This document shows positions 37,707 to 45,981 of a stretch of DNA of 63,323 nucleotides, piece after piece. The notes below the pieces were generated by a model. The model saw only the letters and a program-made list of their open reading frames with translations, did no database searches and was not told the origin of the DNA. The position numbers were made by a program, and so were the translations under genes. Source of the DNA: Candidatus Limnocylindrales bacterium (GTDB lineage: Bacteria > Chloroflexota > Limnocylindria > Limnocylindrales > CSP1-4); NCBI GenBank assembly GCA_038327765.1, contig JBBQLI010000003.1:1-63323 (forward strand), written 5' to 3'. Within the stretch, counting starts at the first letter, position 1. Each line of letters starts with the position of its first letter.

Positions 37707-39239
37707 CTATCGCGGCCGAGCGAGCGGTTCGCATCCGCCCGCTTCGCGAGGCGTCACCCGCATGACCGTCCGGGTGACGGTCGCCGTCGGCCCGCCGAAG
37801 GCGACGCGCACATCGAGGAATGGCTCGACCGTGAAGGCGGCACGAGTCGCCTCCAGCGCCGAGTCCCTGAGCCGCAGGATGAAGACCGGCCGTTCGCAGA
37901 TCAGCGCCTTGATCCGACGCTCTCGCGTGCCCCAGCCCTCGAAGACGACATTCGTGTCGTCGACGACGAGGATGTCAGGCCGCTGACCAAGGATGAGCTG
38001 GGCATGCCACAAGGGCGTCGAGACGTCCCACTCGGTCAGGACGGCAGCATCCACCGGCAGCGCTGCGAACATCGCCGCGATATACGCCTCGGCTCCGCGG
38101 TCGAGGCTCCGATCCGCCGCGTGCCAGTTGACCCCCCAGAGCCCCGCGGCCATGACCAGCGCGATGCCCGGGACCAGGAGCTGCGCGACCCGTGGCCGGC
38201 GCAGGCCGGGGAGACACGCCAGCCCGCAGGCCAGCCGCTCGAGCGCGAACCCCGCACCGATCGCGAGGATCAGCCAGGGCACCAGCAGGTAGTGGTCGAG
38301 GCGCAGGTAGTTCGCCCACACGTACAGCCCGGTCGACAGGATGGCCACCGCCATCACGCCGAATGCCGGTCGCCGCCAGACGAGCAGCGCGAGACCGACC
38401 AGGCCAAGGAGCGGCATGACCACGGTCGCCTGCGTCACGAGGAGTGTCCAGAGAGCGGGCAGCGACGCGACGAGTTCGCCGGGTCCCGCGGACGTGAAGA
38501 AGTCGAACTGGCCCCGGAACTGAGTCCCGCTGACCAGCCACCACCACGACTCGGCCGTGACCGGATGGTTGTAGGCGAGCGGCGGCGCGTGCGAAGCCGC
38601 GATAGGGATGTAAACGTAGACGGTCAGGCCGAGCAGGACCGCGCCGACGGTCGCCAGGACGACCCTCGGCATCGCCATGATCTGGCGGCGGCCGGTCCAG
38701 GCGACGAACAGGACGATGAACGGAGCCGCGAACAGGATAAGCAGGTGGTTGCCGAGCGCCAGCCCGAGGAGCAGACCACCAAGGACAAGGTCGATCGGGG
38801 CCTTGCGGGTCTCCCAGATCAGCGCGCGATGGATCAGCAGGGAGACCGCCAGGAGGTGGAGAGCGTTGACTTCGGCGACGGTGGCCGACGACCACACCGT
38901 CCCGACCGCTCCCAGCGCGAGCGATGTGGCGAGCGCGAGCGTCGCTCGGACGCCGAGGCGCGTCAGGATCGCGCAGGTCACCGCCACGCTGAGGGCGACG
39001 AAGATCGCGGAGAGCAGGTTCGCCCGGAACGCGAGCGATCCCACCGTGACGAACTGCGCCGCCCATGCCATCAGGATGTACGAGGGATACCCCGTCGGGT
39101 GGGCCACACCGAGGACGTACGGGACGGTCTGCATCTCACCGGAGTCGCCGAACGCGATCCCGGGCAGCAAGGTGATGAGGTATGCCGCGAATGAGGCAAG
39201 ACCGGCGATCACCGGTAGCAGGCGTCCAGGCCATCGCAT
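37707..39239 (-). CDS. DUF2723/TMEM260-like GT-C-fold membrane glycosyltransferase candidate
   Basis: N-terminal motif FGDSGEMQTVPYVLGVAHPTGYPSY is typical of DUF2723. At least 10 TM helices followed by a soluble C-terminal domain. The ATG at 39239 (MRWPGRLLPV) is preferred; the ORF-track start is 39293. Confidence 0.72.
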   Translation of the reverse strand: MRWPGRLLPVIAGLASFAAYLITLLPGIAFGDSGEMQTVPYVLGVAHPTGYPSYILMAWAAQFVTVGSLAFRANLLSAIFVALSVAVTCAILTRLGVRATLALATSLALGAVGTVWSSATVAEVNALHLLAVSLLIHRALIWETRKAPIDLVLGGLLLGLALGNHLLILFAAPFIVLFVAWTGRRQIMAMPRVVLATVGAVLLGLTVYVYIPIAASHAPPLAYNHPVTAESWWWLVSGTQFRGQFDFFTSAGPGELVASLPALWTLLVTQATVVMPLLGLVGLALLVWRRPAFGVMAVAILSTGLYVWANYLRLDHYLLVPWLILAIGAGFALERLACGLACLPGLRRPRVAQLLVPGIALVMAAGLWGVNWHAADRSLDRGAEAYIAAMFAALPVDAAVLTEWDVSTPLWHAQLILGQRPDILVVDDTNVVFEGWGTRERRIKALICERPVFILRLRDSALEATRAAFTVEPFLDVRVAFGGPTATVTRTVMRVTPREAGGCEPLARPR

Positions 39240-39331
39240 GGAGCGCGCGTGGTCAGGGTACGTCGTCACGCTCCACTGACCGGGCAGGCACACGTCACGC
39301 GCCTGTCACCGGTCTCCGCTACCGTGAGCAG

Positions 39332-40891
39332 GTGGTCCCAACGACGACCCTTCCGGCTCGAGGGGGAGGGGACGATCCACTGGTCGCGAGGGCGGGAGGA
39401 CCCTCCCGTCCGCATCCGGACTGGCCGCTGTCCCTCGCCATCACCGTCGGCGTGCTCGCGACGTACTGGACTGCCATCCTGCTGGTCGGACGGGTGGATG
39501 CACTGCAGGCGCCCCCATACGATCTCGCGTTCTTCCAGCAGATCGTCTGGAACGTCGGGCGCGATGGGCGCTGGGTCTCGGACTTTCATCAGGGGTCCTT
39601 CCTGGGACTGCACTTCTCGCTGATCCTCGTGGTCCCAGCGCTGATCGAGCGGCTGCTCTGGTCGGATGTCCGCGTCCTGAGTCTTATCCATGCTGCGACC
39701 GTCGGCGCGTTCGTGCCCGCGACCTTCCTGTTCCTTCGCGCCGGCTTGCGACCGAGCCGCGCGGCCGGACCGATCGCCGCGGCGCTGGCGGTGGGTCTTC
39801 CAGTCTGGGGGGCGATGCAGGATCTGATCCGCTCGGACTTCCACCCCGAGGTCACAGGCGTCGTCCTGGCGCTCTTCGCGGGCTGGGCCGGTCTCACCGG
39901 ACGCCCGCGGGCATGCTGGGCGTTCGCCGTGGTGGCTCTCCTGACCCGCGAGGATCTGGCCTTCGGCATGCTGGTGATCGGGCTGGTGATCGCCATCCGC
40001 GCTCCCCGCCGGATGCGACTGCATGGGCGGGCACTTGTCGGCGTCGCGAGCGCGTGGGGCGTCATCGTCTTCGGTCTCCTCATGCCCCTGCTGCGTGCCG
40101 GCGCTGCAAACGAGACGTCGTCGTACTACGCGTGGCTCGGGGGCGGGCTGAACGTCCTTGCGGCCCCGTTCACCATGACCGGCGCCGTGTTCGCCGCCTT
40201 GACCCGTCCGGCGCCGTGGTTCGTGTTTGCCGGGATGGTCGCGTCACTGGCCGGGCTGCCGCTCCTTCGGCCGCGCTGGGCCGCCGTGGTCATCCCGCCG
40301 CTGGTCGCGCTCCTGTTGTCGCGGAATTCGTTCCAGGCTGCGCTGCTCCTCCAGTACCCCGTGATCCTGATCGTGCCCTTGCTGACCGCGACCCTCTTCG
40401 GCGGCCGGCGAGCCCTGTGGTTCGTTCTGTGGGCGCGACGGAGACGCCGCCGCCGCGCTCACCCCCATCTCCGTCCGGCGATCGTCGCCCTGGTCGGGCT
40501 GTTGGCGATCCCGGCGATCGCGGGCGCCTGGATCCAGGGCTCCCTGCCGCCGTTCGATGGAAGCGATCCAGCGTTTCGAGCCGCCCCTGGCGCCATCGAA
40601 CGGCTCAGGGCCGTGGCCGGGGCCGTGCCCGGATCGGCGATCCTCGTGACGGATGAGGGGCTGGTCGCCCCGCTGGCCGGACGGATCGCGATCCGCAGCC
40701 TGGCATCCGTGCTGGACCCGTCGCCGGATGCGTTCGTGCTGCTCGACCGAAACGCCTGGTCGCCGACCGTTCCCGTCGCTCTCCTCCACGACCGAGTCGA
40801 CAGCAAACTGGCGTCCGGCCTTCGCCCGGTCCTGGCCGACGACGGCCGGTTCGTCCTGTGGGGACCGGAACCAGGTGGTCGGGCACCCTGA
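39332..40891 (+). CDS. DUF2079-like polytopic membrane protein
   Basis: The motif APPYDLAFFQQIVWNVGRDGRWVSDFHQGSFLGLHFSLILV matches my memory of DUF2079. At least 10 TM helices. The GTG at 39332 is tentative; it was chosen to avoid overlap with the divergent gene. Confidence 0.65.
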   Translation: MVPTTTLPARGGGDDPLVARAGGPSRPHPDWPLSLAITVGVLATYWTAILLVGRVDALQAPPYDLAFFQQIVWNVGRDGRWVSDFHQGSFLGLHFSLILVVPALIERLLWSDVRVLSLIHAATVGAFVPATFLFLRAGLRPSRAAGPIAAALAVGLPVWGAMQDLIRSDFHPEVTGVVLALFAGWAGLTGRPRACWAFAVVALLTREDLAFGMLVIGLVIAIRAPRRMRLHGRALVGVASAWGVIVFGLLMPLLRAGAANETSSYYAWLGGGLNVLAAPFTMTGAVFAALTRPAPWFVFAGMVASLAGLPLLRPRWAAVVIPPLVALLLSRNSFQAALLLQYPVILIVPLLTATLFGGRRALWFVLWARRRRRRRAHPHLRPAIVALVGLLAIPAIAGAWIQGSLPPFDGSDPAFRAAPGAIERLRAVAGAVPGSAILVTDEGLVAPLAGRIAIRSLASVLDPSPDAFVLLDRNAWSPTVPVALLHDRVDSKLASGLRPVLADDGRFVLWGPEPGGRAP

Positions 40892-40894
40892 TGG

Positions 40895-42373
40895 TCATCG
40901 ATCGGATGCGCGTTCCTCGGCAGCCGCGGGCGCCAGGTCTTCGCGGAGGATGGCGTCATGATCCGCGAGCCAGGCCGTGAGGTGCGGGGCATAGCGGCCG
41001 TCACTCGCGAGGTCGGTGGCCATGACACGCAGGTCGCCGATGGTGTCGAGGTCCGTCCAGGACGCCAGGTTGGTGACCGTCCAGCCGGCTGAGGCAAGGG
41101 CCCCTTTCGTCGCGAGGAACACCGTCGAGCTGCCCATCGAGACACCGAACGCCGCCCGAAGGCGCCGGGCAAGGTGTGCGCGACGCCGCCGACGGATCGC
41201 TCTCGGCCACCATCGGCCAGCCCCGCGCCAGCGGAGGGCGACCAGGTGGTACCCGCCATCGTCGCTCGGACCCAGAACGGCGCTCGCGCTCTGCCGCGAC
41301 AGGTGGTCAAGGGCTGCCAGGAGATAGGCGGGTGGCAGGGACGGCACATCGCCGGCCACGGCGATGGCGCGATCGGCGCCGCGATCGCAGGCTTCGAGGA
41401 AGACCTCCTCAAGCGCAGCAGCCAGACCCTGCTGGCGTTGGACGACCGGTGCCCAGCGCTCACCGATGATCGCGCTGACCGGGGTCCGGTCGGACGACTC
41501 GGCCAGCATGACGACCGGATCCATCCGGCCGATGGTGGCCGCCTCCAGCAGGTTGGTCGACGAATCCCTGAGGCAGGCCGCCCAGAATCCCGATGTCAGA
41601 TCGGCACCCAGATCCGCCTCCAGACGCGTCTTCGCGTGACCGCTGCGTGGCGCCTTGGCCATCAGGGCGACCACCGGGCGAGGGCGCGTGGCCTGGAGCG
41701 CGACGCGGATCATGGCGTAGGCGGCAAGGATCGAGGCGCGCGGGGAGCCCGACACCTTGCTGGTGCCCCCATGCCGACGCCGAAAGCCGACCGGGACCTC
41801 CCGAACACGCAGCCGGCGATCGGACAGGGCACGAGCGACAAGCTGGACCGTCCAGCCATAGCCGGCCTCGTCGAGCCCGAGCCGCACCAGTGCCTCTGCC
41901 CGGAGCGCCTTGGCGGGTGGAAGGTCGTGCACCCGACGCCCGGTCCGGAGCGACAGGATGAGCGCCACCAATCGGTTGCCCCATCGAGCGTGCCACGGCA
42001 TCGCGCCGCCTTCGACCAGACTGGCGAGTCGGCGGCCCAGGGCCACATCGGCGCCCGCCAGTGAATCCACGAGCGATCTGATCGAGCCCGCGTCGCACGA
42101 GCCGTCTCCATCCAGGAAGGCGACGATGGCGTGTGGGTGGGGGAGCGGATCGACGGCCAGGGCACCGCCCGTCAGACAGGCACGGCCGTATCCGCGGCGT
42201 GGCTCGTCGATGACGATCGCCCCGGCCATGGCCGCTTCAGCGGGTGTCCCATCCGCCGAACCCCCGTCCACGACGAAGACACAGCAGGCTCCAGCTTCAC
42301 GGAGTCCCCGGACGAGCGCTCCGACCGCCTCACGCTCATCGATCACCGGGATGACAGCGGCAAAGGACATCAA
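40895..42373 (-). CDS. Fusion protein: N-terminal GT2 glycosyltransferase plus C-terminal DUF2064 (CofC-like nucleotidyltransferase fold) domain
   Basis: GT2 N-terminus: AAVIPVIDEREAVGALV...VFVVDGGSADGT...DGDGS. The second half, VALMAKAPRSGHAKTRLEADLG...AACLRD...IAVAGDVPSLP, is DUF2064-like. Confidence 0.78.
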   Translation of the reverse strand: MMSFAAVIPVIDEREAVGALVRGLREAGACCVFVVDGGSADGTPAEAAMAGAIVIDEPRRGYGRACLTGGALAVDPLPHPHAIVAFLDGDGSCDAGSIRSLVDSLAGADVALGRRLASLVEGGAMPWHARWGNRLVALILSLRTGRRVHDLPPAKALRAEALVRLGLDEAGYGWTVQLVARALSDRRLRVREVPVGFRRRHGGTSKVSGSPRASILAAYAMIRVALQATRPRPVVALMAKAPRSGHAKTRLEADLGADLTSGFWAACLRDSSTNLLEAATIGRMDPVVMLAESSDRTPVSAIIGERWAPVVQRQQGLAAALEEVFLEACDRGADRAIAVAGDVPSLPPAYLLAALDHLSRQSASAVLGPSDDGGYHLVALRWRGAGRWWPRAIRRRRRAHLARRLRAAFGVSMGSSTVFLATKGALASAGWTVTNLASWTDLDTIGDLRVMATDLASDGRYAPHLTAWLADHDAILREDLAPAAAEERASDR

Positions 42374-42380
42374 CGGACGA

Positions 42381-43421
42381 TCACTGGATCGCGGCTTGTC
42401 CGGCGCGCCGCTCGATCGAGGTCAGCAAGGGCCGGTCGCCGGCACGGTAGCGGGCGGCCATGCCGCGGGCGGCGTCACGGATGGCGTCCTCCGCCGGCAT
42501 GGCGGGGGCCCACCCGAGACCTCGCATCGCACTCGTGTCGAAATCGACCAGGGCGGTATCACCGGGCCACCCGCCACCAGATGGCCCCTGGGAGCGAAAC
42601 GCGAAGTCCACGGACCCGGCCTCGAAGCCGAGCGCATCGACCACGACCTCGGCGACCCGACGGACGCTGACCGTCCCTTCGGGCCCGACGTTGAGGATGG
42701 TCTGACCGGGCTCCGTGACGACGGATGCCGCATGACGCATGCCGGTCACGAGATCGGCCACCGCGACATAGGGCTTTGCCGGCGTCCCGTCGCCAAGGAT
42801 CTCCAGGCGGGCCGGGTCGCGAGCCAGCTTGACCACGAAGTCATGGACGACGCCGTGGTTGGAGCGTGGGCCCACGGTATTGCCGAATCGGAAGGCGAAG
42901 GTGCGCCACCCGTAGAGCTGGGCGAACCCGGACACGATGGCTTCGCCAGCCAGCTTGGCGGCCGCGTAGTGGGATCCAGGGAACAGTGGACCGTCGCCCT
43001 CGGCCACGGGGACCCTTGCCTGTCGGCCATAGACGACGCCTGATGACGCGTACCAGAGCTCCCTCACGGCCAACCGATGCATCGCCTCGCACACGACCTC
43101 GGTCGCCACGATCCCATTGCGAAAGTCCAGGCCAGGGCGATCGAAACCCCCGGCGATGTCCGTTCCCGACGCGAGGTGGATCACTCGATCATGCCCGGCC
43201 ATGGCCCTCCTGACGGTATCCGGATCAGCGCAATCGCCCTCGATGAAGGTCAGCCCGCCCGCCTCGGCGAACCGCTCCGCCCAGTCTGGTTCGGCCGTCG
43301 AGAGGTCATCGAGGACGGTGACCCCGCCCCCGCCGCGCCGCTGGGTGTCAACGAGCTCCCCGCCGATGATGCCGGCGCCACCGGTGACCAGGGTCCGGGC
43401 GGGCGGGAGGGCGACCCTCAT
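42381..43421 (-). CDS. NAD-dependent sugar epimerase/dehydratase (extended SDR)
   Basis: Rossmann motif TLVTGGAGIIGGELV and catalytic YAAAK. The ATG at 43421 overlaps the DoxX stop (ATGA). Confidence 0.88.
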   Translation of the reverse strand: MRVALPPARTLVTGGAGIIGGELVDTQRRGGGGVTVLDDLSTAEPDWAERFAEAGGLTFIEGDCADPDTVRRAMAGHDRVIHLASGTDIAGGFDRPGLDFRNGIVATEVVCEAMHRLAVRELWYASSGVVYGRQARVPVAEGDGPLFPGSHYAAAKLAGEAIVSGFAQLYGWRTFAFRFGNTVGPRSNHGVVHDFVVKLARDPARLEILGDGTPAKPYVAVADLVTGMRHAASVVTEPGQTILNVGPEGTVSVRRVAEVVVDALGFEAGSVDFAFRSQGPSGGGWPGDTALVDFDTSAMRGLGWAPAMPAEDAIRDAARGMAARYRAGDRPLLTSIERRAGQAAIQ

Positions 43422-43975
43422 CCCGGCCAGCGCGCGCGCCTTGCCGCGAACCGGGCATCCAGGCCGTGCCAACGCCCGGCCCGGAATGCCGCGAGACACA
43501 AGAGCGGCAGCCACTCGACCGAATATTCATAGACCCACTTGTCGTTCCAGAGGGTGGCGAACTGGAGGTGGAGGACCATCGCGGCCGCGATGAGCGCGGC
43601 GATCGGTGTCAGGAATCCGATGATCAGCAGGATCCCGACCAGCGTCTCGGTCGCCCCGACGGCGAACCCGAAGGCCCCGAAATTCGGCAGGATGACGTTC
43701 TCGACCAGGGCGCGGTACGGGGCGATCGGGTGATGCTGGGTGACGACCTCGTAGCGCAGGATCGACTCGGCGCTTCGATTCCCGACCGCGTTGATGACGA
43801 ACCCGATCGGGGTATCGGGCCACAGGTTCGGGACGGCCGGCAACACCTTGGCGAGGCCGTTGTGGAGGAAGACGATCCCGAAGAACGCACGCAGTGCGAC
43901 CATCGCCCGTCCGAACCATGGACCCTGGGCGATCGACGTCACGTCGGTCAGCGGTGGTCCCGTCATCGTGCTCAT
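43418..43975 (-). CDS. DoxX-family membrane protein
   Basis: Four TM helices with a DoxX-like pattern (ALRAFFGIVFLHNGLAKV...GATETLVGILLIIGFLTPIAALIAAAMVL). Confidence 0.78.
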   Translation of the reverse strand: MSTMTGPPLTDVTSIAQGPWFGRAMVALRAFFGIVFLHNGLAKVLPAVPNLWPDTPIGFVINAVGNRSAESILRYEVVTQHHPIAPYRALVENVILPNFGAFGFAVGATETLVGILLIIGFLTPIAALIAAAMVLHLQFATLWNDKWVYEYSVEWLPLLCLAAFRAGRWHGLDARFAARRARWPG

Positions 43976-44127
43976 GGAGGGGCCCCTTTTGTTGTTGGCG
44001 CGCCTGCTGCCTGGATGTTGCTTGGTTGTGACCCTAGCGGCGGCCGGTGACGGCGGGATGACACGTCGTCATCGGAATGTCATCGGCATACTGCGCGCAA
44101 CCGTCATCCTGCGGTTCGCGGGATCCG

Positions 44128-44802
44128 ATGATGCGGAGGGCTATGGAGCCGATGGAGACGCACCCGTCCAGCAACGAATGGGACTGGATCTACGCGACAC
44201 GCGAGATGGACGCGGTGGGCTGGTATGAGCCAGACCCGGTGACGTCGCGTGAACTCGTGGCCGAGGCCATGGCACAGGGCAGGCGGAGCATCATCGATAT
44301 CGGTGGCGGCGCCTCGCGACTCGTGGATCACCTCGTCGACCTCGACCTCGACCGGATCGCGGTCCTCGATATCTCCGAAGCCGGGCTGGCGTTCTCGCGG
44401 CATCGGCTGGGCACTCGCGAGCAGGGTGTCGAGTGGATCGTGGGCGATGTTTCGACCGTGGACGACGTCGGGGTGTTCGACATCTGGCACGACCGTGCGG
44501 CGTTCCACTTCCTCCTCGACGAGGCCTCCCGACGACGCTACGTCCGGCTGGCCGAACGAACCGTCCGGGTCGGTGGCGTGGCGATCGTGGCGACGTTCGC
44601 CGACGATGGGCCCGAGCGCTGCAGCGGGATGCCGGTGCTGCGATACACCCCAGGGGAGCTGGCTGCGGAGTGTGGCGATGGGTTCCGGCTGATGGGCAGT
44701 CGACGGTATCTCCATCACACCCCGGCTGGCGTCCCGCAGCGGTTCCAGTACTCCATCCTCGAACGAGTCATGCCAGACGCAGGACCGAGTGCCGGCTCCT
44801 AG
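44128..44802 (+). CDS. Class I SAM-dependent methyltransferase
   Basis: Motif I IIDIGGGASRLVDHL, the post-I acidic residue VLDIS, and motif II/III VFDIWHDRAAFHFL...GGVAIVATF. The start is uncertain (44077 to 44152). Confidence 0.8.
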   Translation: MMRRAMEPMETHPSSNEWDWIYATREMDAVGWYEPDPVTSRELVAEAMAQGRRSIIDIGGGASRLVDHLVDLDLDRIAVLDISEAGLAFSRHRLGTREQGVEWIVGDVSTVDDVGVFDIWHDRAAFHFLLDEASRRRYVRLAERTVRVGGVAIVATFADDGPERCSGMPVLRYTPGELAAECGDGFRLMGSRRYLHHTPAGVPQRFQYSILERVMPDAGPSAGS

Positions 44803-45943
44803 CGCCGCGACCAACTATGGCGGCAGCCGCGCGCTGCCGGTCCATGCCGATGTGGAAGACCCGCAGGCCGACCTTGAGTCAGGGTTGCTGATCCGGATCC
44901 ATCTCGCGCTGCTGGATCTGACGGAAGGCCAGATCCTTCGGGTTTCGAGCCCGGTGCCTGCGGTCGCCGATCAGCTTCGATCGTTCGAAGGGGCAAGCGG
45001 ACACGCGATCCTCTCGGTCATCCCGGATGCCGAGCGGTCCGGGTGGACCTCCTTCTACCTGCGCAAGGGTCGCGCCAGGACCGACTGGTCGGACGCGGCG
45101 AGCGACGACCGCCCGCCCGCCGAGGCCTCCGGCCCCAGCGATGGTCCGTCCATCGAGGCGTTGATGCCGACGCGCCTGTGGATGTACACGAACTACGACT
45201 GCAACCTGGCCTGCGACTACTGCTGCGTCGTCTCGGGTCCGCGCGCCGACCCGCGCCGGCTGCCCGTCGGACGGATCCGCTCGCTGGTCGATGAAGCCGT
45301 GGCATCGGGCATGCGCGAGGTGTTCCTGACGGGCGGTGAACCCACCCTCCGCCCAGACCTCCCCGACCTCATCGAATACGTGACGGACCGCCTCCCGATG
45401 ACCCTCCTGACGAATGCGATGCTGCTGCGTGGCCCGCGCTGGGAACGCCTTCGGCCGCTGGTCGAGGCGGGTCGACCGGTCGCATTCCAGGTCAGCCTCG
45501 ATTCGGCATCGCCCGAGCGTCACGATGCGCACCGCGGGCGTGGCGCGCACGCTGGAGCCCTGGCGGGGATCCGCACGCTCGTGGAGGCCGGGGCACGGGT
45601 TCGTCTGGCCGCTTCCTTGCCGGAGGCGGCCCTGGCCGAGATCCCGGACCTCCATCGCCTGGCCGACACCTTCGCGATCCGCGCCGAGGACCGCATCTTC
45701 CGGCCGATCGCCCTGCGCGGCGCCGCATCGGAGGGCGAGCCGATCCGACCCCAGGATGTCGCGCCCGAACTGACCTGCGACGCGCAGGGCTGGTTCTGGC
45801 ACCCGCTATCGAACGACGCGGACATGCGCCTTGATCTTCCGCCGGACGCGTCGATGGCCGAGGCGCTCGTCGCGGTGCGTCACCGGTTGAGCGAGATGCT
45901 CTCGACGCGATCCGCCAGGCTCGATCGATTCGTCTGCGGCTGA
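44789..45943 (+). CDS. Radical SAM enzyme with an N-terminal Cys-less TusA/SirA-like domain
   Basis: CNLACDYCC (CxxxCxxC) cluster motif and GGEPTL SAM-binding motif. The N-terminal ~100 aa (LLIRIHLALLDLTEGQILRVSSPVPAVADQLRSFEGASGHAILSV...SFYLRKG) resembles TusA but lacks the CPxP cysteine. It overlaps the upstream methyltransferase by 14 nt. Confidence 0.78.
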   Translation: MPAPSAATNYGGSRALPVHADVEDPQADLESGLLIRIHLALLDLTEGQILRVSSPVPAVADQLRSFEGASGHAILSVIPDAERSGWTSFYLRKGRARTDWSDAASDDRPPAEASGPSDGPSIEALMPTRLWMYTNYDCNLACDYCCVVSGPRADPRRLPVGRIRSLVDEAVASGMREVFLTGGEPTLRPDLPDLIEYVTDRLPMTLLTNAMLLRGPRWERLRPLVEAGRPVAFQVSLDSASPERHDAHRGRGAHAGALAGIRTLVEAGARVRLAASLPEAALAEIPDLHRLADTFAIRAEDRIFRPIALRGAASEGEPIRPQDVAPELTCDAQGWFWHPLSNDADMRLDLPPDASMAEALVAVRHRLSEMLSTRSARLDRFVCG

Positions 45944-45981
45944 TGACGTCCGTGGGTGGAGCTGGACTCTCCGGCTGACCG

